Source of the DNA: a virus
Lineage: Duplodnaviria > Caudoviricetes
Reading direction: 5' to 3' (one strand)
IMG/VR virus record: IMGVR_UViG_3300020196_000232
Coordinates: 1 to 24,535 of that record
DNA length: 24,535 bases
Shown: positions 19,469 through 24,535 of the stretch, in pieces
Layout: every line of letters starts with the position of its first letter
Numbering within the stretch: the stretch's first letter is position 1
Made by a program: the position numbers and the translations under genes
Notes under the pieces: generated by a model
The model's database searches: none
What the model was told of the DNA's origin: nothing
Seen by the model: only the letters and a program-made list of their open reading frames with translations

Positions 19469-19651
19469 ATGAATCCTGAAGTCGATATTAATGTTTTGGT
19501 GAAAGCATTTTCTGAACGAGTAACAGCATTATATCGTGATAATATTGTATTAGAGGCAAAATATCAAAGTTTGTTAAATGATTATAATGAATTAGTTCAA
19601 ACTAAAAATGAATTGCAAGAAGAAATAAACAAGAGCATAAGAGAACAATGA
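19469..19651 (+). CDS. Small coiled-coil hypothetical protein (60 aa)
   Basis: MNPEVDINVLVKAFSERVTALYRDNIVLEAKYQSL...; start moved from the track's 19451 to ATG 19469 because of the SD; the stop overlaps the gp13 start (ATGA). Confidence 0.75.
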   Translation: MNPEVDINVLVKAFSERVTALYRDNIVLEAKYQSLLNDYNELVQTKNELQEEINKSIREQ

Positions 19652-20451
19652 AACCAGCAAGTAGACAACAGCTCATTGATTACTCCTTAAGAAGACTGGG
19701 ATATCCAGTTTTAGAAATCAACGTAGATGATGATCAAATTGATGATCTCGTTGATGATGCGTTGCAGTATTTTCAAGAGCGTCATTTTGATGGTATTGAA
19801 AAAATGTATTTAAAATATAAAATTACTCAAGATGATATTGATAGAGCAAAATCAAACACAACAACCTCAAAGACTGTAGGTGTTACTACATTCAATTATT
19901 TGGAATCGAAAAATTATATTGAAATTCCTGATAGTGTTATTGGTATTGAAGGTATTTTTAGATTTGATGATAGCACATTCTCTAGTGGAATGTTTAATAT
20001 TGCATATCAGATTTTTTTGAACGACGTATACAACTTTACATCAATTGAGCTTTTAAACTATGCTAAAATTAAAGAATACTTAGAAACTATTCAATGGTTA
20101 ATTAGTCCTCAGAAAAAAATCAGATATACAAAAAGACAGAATAGATTATACGTTGATATGAACTGGTCTAGTGTACCAGTAAACAGTTATATCATTATTG
20201 ATTGTTACAGAATTTTAGATCCCGCAGATTTCCCTAAAGTGTGGAATGATTCATTCTTAAAACTTTATTTGACTGCATTGATTAAAAAACAATGGGGTCA
20301 AAATATGATTAAATTCAATGGTGTAAAACTTCCAGGAGGTGTAGAACTTAATGGTAGACAAATTTATGAAGATGCTATTAATGAATTAGCAGATATTAAG
20401 ACGAGAATGTCTTCAGACTACGAACTACCACCTTTAGATATGGTCGGATAA
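19648..20451 (+). CDS. gp13: Neck protein gp13
   Basis: 267 aa; RLGYPVLEINVDDDQIDDLVDDALQYFQERHFDG and KKQWGQNMIKFNGVKLPGGVELNGRQIYEDA. Confidence 0.95.
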   Translation: MKPASRQQLIDYSLRRLGYPVLEINVDDDQIDDLVDDALQYFQERHFDGIEKMYLKYKITQDDIDRAKSNTTTSKTVGVTTFNYLESKNYIEIPDSVIGIEGIFRFDDSTFSSGMFNIAYQIFLNDVYNFTSIELLNYAKIKEYLETIQWLISPQKKIRYTKRQNRLYVDMNWSSVPVNSYIIIDCYRILDPADFPKVWNDSFLKLYLTALIKKQWGQNMIKFNGVKLPGGVELNGRQIYEDAINELADIKTRMSSDYELPPLDMVG

Positions 20452-20452
20452 T

Positions 20453-21868
20453 ATGGCTCTTAATCCATACTTCATACAGGGGAACTCTTCAGAACAAAGA
20501 TTAATTCAAGATCTTATCAACGAACAGTTGAAGATGTATGGGGTTAACATTGGTTATATGCCAAGAGGATATGCTCTTGAAGATGGAGTCTTAAAAGAAA
20601 ATATTCTTGGCAGATTTAATGATAATTACTACATGGAAGCATATGTTGCTTCTTACAGTGGTTTTGGTGGTGGGGGAGATATTTTATCAAAGTTTGGTGT
20701 AAAAGCAAATGATGATCTATCTTTAATTGTATCGAGAGAAAAATTTGAAGATTTTATTACTCCGTTTATTGAAGCTGAATTGCAAGATGAAAATTTAAAA
20801 ATATCAAATAGACCAAAAGAAGGAGACTTAATATATTTTCCATTAACAGATACTTTATATGAAGTCAAGTTTGTTGAGCATGAAGTTGAATTTTATCAGT
20901 TAAACAAATTATATGTTTATGAATTAAAATGTGAGCCATTTATGTTTGAAGATGAACTCATTGATACTGGGGTTTATGAAATTGACGATAATATGGTTGA
21001 AAGAGGAATTGATGCAATTTTAACGCTTACGGGCATTGCAAATACAGCAGGAGCTGGAACAACTGTTGCTCCTACTGGAGGAGTTAATAGAGTTTATTTA
21101 GTTAATGATGGATGGGGATATACTTCTACTCCAATAGTCACATTCTCTGCTCCTCCAGCAGGAGGAAAGAGAGCTACTGCTGTAGCTATTACAACTCAAA
21201 GACCTGCTGCAGGTTATACCACTGCTTATTCAATTGATAGAATTCTTATCACTGATCCTGGCGGAGGATATGTAACATCACCAACAATAATAATCAGTGG
21301 TGGTGGAGGATCTGGTGGAATAGCTACCGCAGGAATATCAACCAATGGAACAATATCTAGAATTGTTATTAATAATGCTGGATCAAATTATGCTAAACCA
21401 CCAATAGTAACAATATCTGCTCCTGGCGCTGGTACAACTGCAACAGCAGAAGCTTTTATAAATTCTCAAGGTGTTGTGTCTAGAGTTTATATTACAAATG
21501 CTGGATCTGGATACACTACTATACCTTCAATAACATTTACATCTCCAGGTATATCAACAGGAAACTATCTGTTAAATGAACTTATTACTGGAGCTACTTC
21601 AGGAACAAAAGCCGTTGTTAAAGACTGGGATGCTGTTAATAAAAAATTACGTGTATATAGAAGAACGGGTAGATTTACTATTGGTGAAGTTATTGTAGGT
21701 TCTGCTAAAACTTCCGACCATATTGGTATTGGATCAACTGGAAGATACATATTAAAATCTGTTGATTACTTTAATGATGAAAATTTATATGCACAGAACG
21801 ATGAGATTGAAGCGGAAGCAGATACATTTTTAGACTTTACTGAAAATAATCCATTTGGAGAATACTGA
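20453..21868 (+). CDS. gp14: Neck (head closure) protein gp14 with repeat insertion
   Basis: 471 aa; LNPYF, EQRLIQDLINEQLKMYG, LSKFG, RPKEGDLIYFPL, FYQLNKLYVYELKCE, C-terminal LDFTENNPFGEY. Confidence 0.95.
   Translation: MALNPYFIQGNSSEQRLIQDLINEQLKMYGVNIGYMPRGYALEDGVLKENILGRFNDNYYMEAYVASYSGFGGGGDILSKFGVKANDDLSLIVSREKFEDFITPFIEAELQDENLKISNRPKEGDLIYFPLTDTLYEVKFVEHEVEFYQLNKLYVYELKCEPFMFEDELIDTGVYEIDDNMVERGIDAILTLTGIANTAGAGTTVAPTGGVNRVYLVNDGWGYTSTPIVTFSAPPAGGKRATAVAITTQRPAAGYTTAYSIDRILITDPGGGYVTSPTIIISGGGGSGGIATAGISTNGTISRIVINNAGSNYAKPPIVTISAPGAGTTATAEAFINSQGVVSRVYITNAGSGYTTIPSITFTSPGISTGNYLLNELITGATSGTKAVVKDWDAVNKKLRVYRRTGRFTIGEVIVGSAKTSDHIGIGSTGRYILKSVDYFNDENLYAQNDEIEAEADTFLDFTENNPFGEY
21040..21550 (+). 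repeat. Four ~42-aa beta repeats (ATA...I-x-I-x-N-x-G-x-GY...P-x-V-T-I-S) in gp14
   Basis: VNRVYLVNDGWGYTSTPIVTFS / IDRILITDPGGGYVTSPTIIIS / ISRIVINNAGSNYAKPPIVTIS / VSRVYITNAGSGYTTIPSITFT; coordinates approximate. Confidence 0.8.
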
Positions 21869-22719
21869 TGTTAGGAACTTATTTTTATCACGGAATTATA
21901 CGAAAAACCATCATTGGTTTTGGAACTCTTTTTAATAAAATTGAAATTAGAAAAACAGACTCTAGTGGAAATGCAGTTTCAGTATTAGAAGTTCCCCTTG
22001 CATATGGACCTGTTCAAAAATTCTTAGCAAGAATTCAACAACAGCCAGATTTAACTAAAAAGTCTACGTTGACTCTTCCAAGAATGTCTTTTGAAATGAA
22101 AGGTCTTCAATATGATCCATCGAGAAAAGGAAGTGTGACACAAACATTTAAAACAGTTACTGATACATCTAGATTGCAGAAAGTATATTTACCAGTTCCA
22201 TATAATATTAGTTTTCAGTTATCAATTATGTCTAAAACGCAAGAAGATGTCTTGCAGATTATAGAACAAATTTTACCATTTTTTCAACCTGCATTTAATA
22301 TTTCTATAGATTTAGTAGAAACAATTGGAGAAAAAAGAGACGTTCCTATTATTTTAGAATCAGTCAATCCACCAGATGATAATTATGAAGGTGGCTTTGA
22401 TGAAACAAGGATTATCATATATACATTAAATTTTGTTGCAAAAACATCATTAGTAGGACCTCTTGTAGATTCGACTGATAAGTTAATCAAAAAAGTTCAA
22501 GTTGATTACTACAGCAATACATCAACAAATGCTAAGAGAGAAGTTCGTTACACAGCGACTCCTAAAGCACTGCAAGATTATAATCAGGATGGTGTAATTA
22601 ATGCTGCTGATGATCCTTTAATTGAACCTGGCGATGATTTTGGGTTTAATGAAACAAATTCATTCTTCCAAGATTTCAAAACTTACAGTCCATCACAACA
22701 TACAGATTTAAATCTATAA
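21868..22719 (+). CDS. gp15: Tail sheath stabilizer/terminator gp15
   Basis: 283 aa; YFYH-x-IIRKTIIGFGTLFN, VPLAYGP-x-QKFLAR, TLPRMSFE, PVPYNI, LQIIEQILPFFQP. Confidence 0.95.
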   Translation: MLGTYFYHGIIRKTIIGFGTLFNKIEIRKTDSSGNAVSVLEVPLAYGPVQKFLARIQQQPDLTKKSTLTLPRMSFEMKGLQYDPSRKGSVTQTFKTVTDTSRLQKVYLPVPYNISFQLSIMSKTQEDVLQIIEQILPFFQPAFNISIDLVETIGEKRDVPIILESVNPPDDNYEGGFDETRIIIYTLNFVAKTSLVGPLVDSTDKLIKKVQVDYYSNTSTNAKREVRYTATPKALQDYNQDGVINAADDPLIEPGDDFGFNETNSFFQDFKTYSPSQHTDLNL

Positions 22720-22722
22720 ACC

Positions 22723-23139
22723 ATGAACTCTTTCGATAAAATTAGTGACGTTTTAAACGTAGAATCTGAGGTTTCTTCTTCGGAAATAATTTCTGTTGAA
22801 AAGCCAGAAATTGAAAAAATTGATGAGCCTAAGAAAGATTATGAATATACTCGCGGACAACTATATTCTTTAATTGAAAAGGGTCAAGAAGCTGTTGATG
22901 GAATATTAGAAGTTGCTACCAGCACAGATCATCCAAGAGCTTATGAAGTTGCTGGTCAATTAATTAAAAATGTTGCTGATGTAACAGACAAATTGATTGA
23001 TTTACAAAAGAAAATGAAAGATTTAGATGCAAAATATAATGGTCCAACTACAGTTAACAATTCACTATTTGTAGGTTCAACTGCAGAATTATCTAAATTA
23101 ATTAAACAAGGACTTCTAAATAATAAAGAGGAAAAATAA
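22723..23139 (+). CDS. gp16: Terminase small subunit gp16
   Basis: 138 aa; DYEYTRGQLYSLIEKGQEA, HPRAYEVAGQLIK, NNSLFVGSTAEL; follows gp15. Confidence 0.93.
   Translation: MNSFDKISDVLNVESEVSSSEIISVEKPEIEKIDEPKKDYEYTRGQLYSLIEKGQEAVDGILEVATSTDHPRAYEVAGQLIKNVADVTDKLIDLQKKMKDLDAKYNGPTTVNNSLFVGSTAELSKLIKQGLLNNKEEK
23116..23122 (+). promoter_or_regulatory. Possible late promoter variant CTAAATA
   Basis: TAAATA core in the gp16 3' end, about 21 nt upstream of ATG 23144, similar spacing to the other two late promoters; could be chance in AT-rich DNA. Confidence 0.4.
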
Positions 23140-23143
23140 TACA

Positions 23144-24535
23144 ATGCAAGAGCAATTAAAAAAAGTAGAAACTAAAAAAGTTACCGAAGGTAATTTACAT
23201 CAGTGGTTTAAAGGTTCAAAATCAAAAGATGGAAAAGGTGGTTGGGTAAACGTGGTAACTGGTGGCACTTGTGCGAGTGATGAACCTGGAGAAGGAACGC
23301 CAAAGTGCGTCTCTTCTTCAAAGAGAGCAAGTATGACAAAGGCAGAAAGACTATCTGCCGCAAGAAGAAAGAAGGCAGCAGATCCTGGGCAACAATCTAA
23401 GACTGGTGCAGCAAAACCCACTTATGTTTCCACAGATAAACCTAAAAAGAAAAAGAAAAAATCAGTGAAAGAAGATTGGTCAAATAAATATAAGAAATCA
23501 ATAGATTGTGATAACCCTAAGGGATTTTCTCAAAGAGCTCACTGTCAAGGAAGGATTAAAAAAATGAATGAAGAATCTGATGCTAAAGGAAAAGGCAGCG
23601 GCAAGAAAGATGCCTGTTATCATAAAGTAAAAGCCAGATATAGTGTTTGGCCCAGTGCTTATGCTTCTGGAGCACTCGTCAAGTGCCGTAAAGCTGGTGC
23701 TAAAAATTGGGGTAATAAATCTGAAGAATTCTTTCCAGAAAATCATAAAGAAGTTGCCTCTGGTAAAATGAAGGACGAAGAAGGATATATGGCTAATGTT
23801 GAATTTGATCAAATTGAAAGATCAATCAATATTTTAAGAGGAATTGTTAAAAAATCTAATCAACAAATTCCTGCTTGGGTTCAATCAAAAATTACCAGGG
23901 CTGCTGATTTTATTGATACTGCTGCAGATTATATGCAAAGTGATGATAGTGTAACAGAATCTGTTAAAAGAATTCAAACTTCTGGGCAACTGTATTCTAT
24001 CATGATTATGTTTTTAAGTAAAACATATACTTTAAAAATGTACTTCCCATCTCCACAAGTTCCATCAAGAGATGAAGTAAATGATGCTGTTCAAAAAGTA
24101 TATCCTGGTGGAAAAGTTCTTGCATATTATCCTTGCATGACAAGCACAAACTCTGGATATATAGTCGCTAACGAAGAAAACGTAGCTGAAGCAAGTCCAT
24201 TCAGTTCTGATTTTGAAGTTAGAAAATCATCAGGAGCTGGGGCATTAACACCCGCTGCTGCTTCACAATTGGGACCAAGAGCCATAGATCTTCAAAAGAA
24301 AAAAGCAGCTGCTGTAAGTCTCCCAAATTTAAGTCCTGGTTCAGGGATGGTTAGAACTGCAGATTCTTATGAAGCTGAAGGAGAAGATATTCAAGAGAAC
24401 ACCACGCTTGATACTCCAGAAAAGCGTCGTAAGAACTATCTTTTAAACATTGGTGTTATTGGCGAAGGTGCTGCTTGGACTCGTAGAGAAGGTCAAAATA
24501 AAAAAGGTGGACTCAACGAAAAAGGACGCAAAAAA
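23144..24535 (+). CDS. Multi-module basic hypothetical protein, 3'-truncated (>464 aa); candidate internal head polyprotein
   Basis: ATG 23144, just after the gp16 stop; no stop to the window end (MQEQLKKVETKKVTEGNLHQWFKGSKSKDGKGGWVNVVTGGTC...GAAWTRREGQNKKGGLNEKGRKK). Missing from the track because it has no stop codon in the window. Confidence 0.85.
   Translation, partial: MQEQLKKVETKKVTEGNLHQWFKGSKSKDGKGGWVNVVTGGTCASDEPGEGTPKCVSSSKRASMTKAERLSAARRKKAADPGQQSKTGAAKPTYVSTDKPKKKKKKSVKEDWSNKYKKSIDCDNPKGFSQRAHCQGRIKKMNEESDAKGKGSGKKDACYHKVKARYSVWPSAYASGALVKCRKAGAKNWGNKSEEFFPENHKEVASGKMKDEEGYMANVEFDQIERSINILRGIVKKSNQQIPAWVQSKITRAADFIDTAADYMQSDDSVTESVKRIQTSGQLYSIMIMFLSKTYTLKMYFPSPQVPSRDEVNDAVQKVYPGGKVLAYYPCMTSTNSGYIVANEENVAEASPFSSDFEVRKSSGAGALTPAAASQLGPRAIDLQKKKAAAVSLPNLSPGSGMVRTADSYEAEGEDIQENTTLDTPEKRRKNYLLNIGVIGEGAAWTRREGQNKKGGLNEKGRKK

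Noticed and set aside
23444-23461. A-rich tract AAAAAGAAAAAGAAAAAA as a frameshift or phase-variation site
   Set aside because: The frame stays open across it, it encodes a Lys run consistent with the basic protein, and no in-phase A_AAA_AAG is present.
1101-23812. All minus-strand ORFs and the + strand ORF at 11829-12011 in the track
   Set aside because: Short shadow frames overlapping long, well-supported + strand genes, with compositions expected from antisense or off-frame reading and no recognisable motifs.
1-24535. CRISPR arrays, tRNAs, introns/inteins, homing endonucleases, diversity-generating retroelement repeats, stop-codon reassignment
   Set aside because: Intergenic gaps are 30 bp or less. 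I saw no long nucleotide repeats and no RT, integrase, nuclease or intein motifs, and genes translate cleanly with the standard code using TAA/TGA stops. This was by eye only.

Overview
This AT-rich window is an almost fully coding, all + strand stretch of the late (virion structure) module of a T4-like myovirus of the cyanophage type (Kyanoviridae-like gene order; the host cannot be read from the sequence). Gene order: 5'-truncated giant baseplate wedge protein gp7 (frame open from base 1), gp8, VrlC-like protein (2486 aa), four small or fibre-associated genes, a small coiled-coil gene, neck gp13 and gp14, tail terminator gp15, terminase small subunit gp16, and a 3'-truncated ORF (23144 to >24535) missing from the ORF track. 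Three points stand out. (1) The last ORF looks like a polyprotein of small basic modules separated by hydrophobic-X-Glu sites resembling prohead-protease (gp21) cleavage sites. (2) Two neighbouring genes at 18107-19467 are each broken by a frame change at or next to the same TTAAAAAC octamer, one on an in-phase U_UUA_AAA -1 slippery heptamer. (3) Both broken genes end in DGGE(F/Y), whose DNA doubles as a strong Shine-Dalgarno for the next gene. All family assignments come from motif recognition and synteny; no database search was run.
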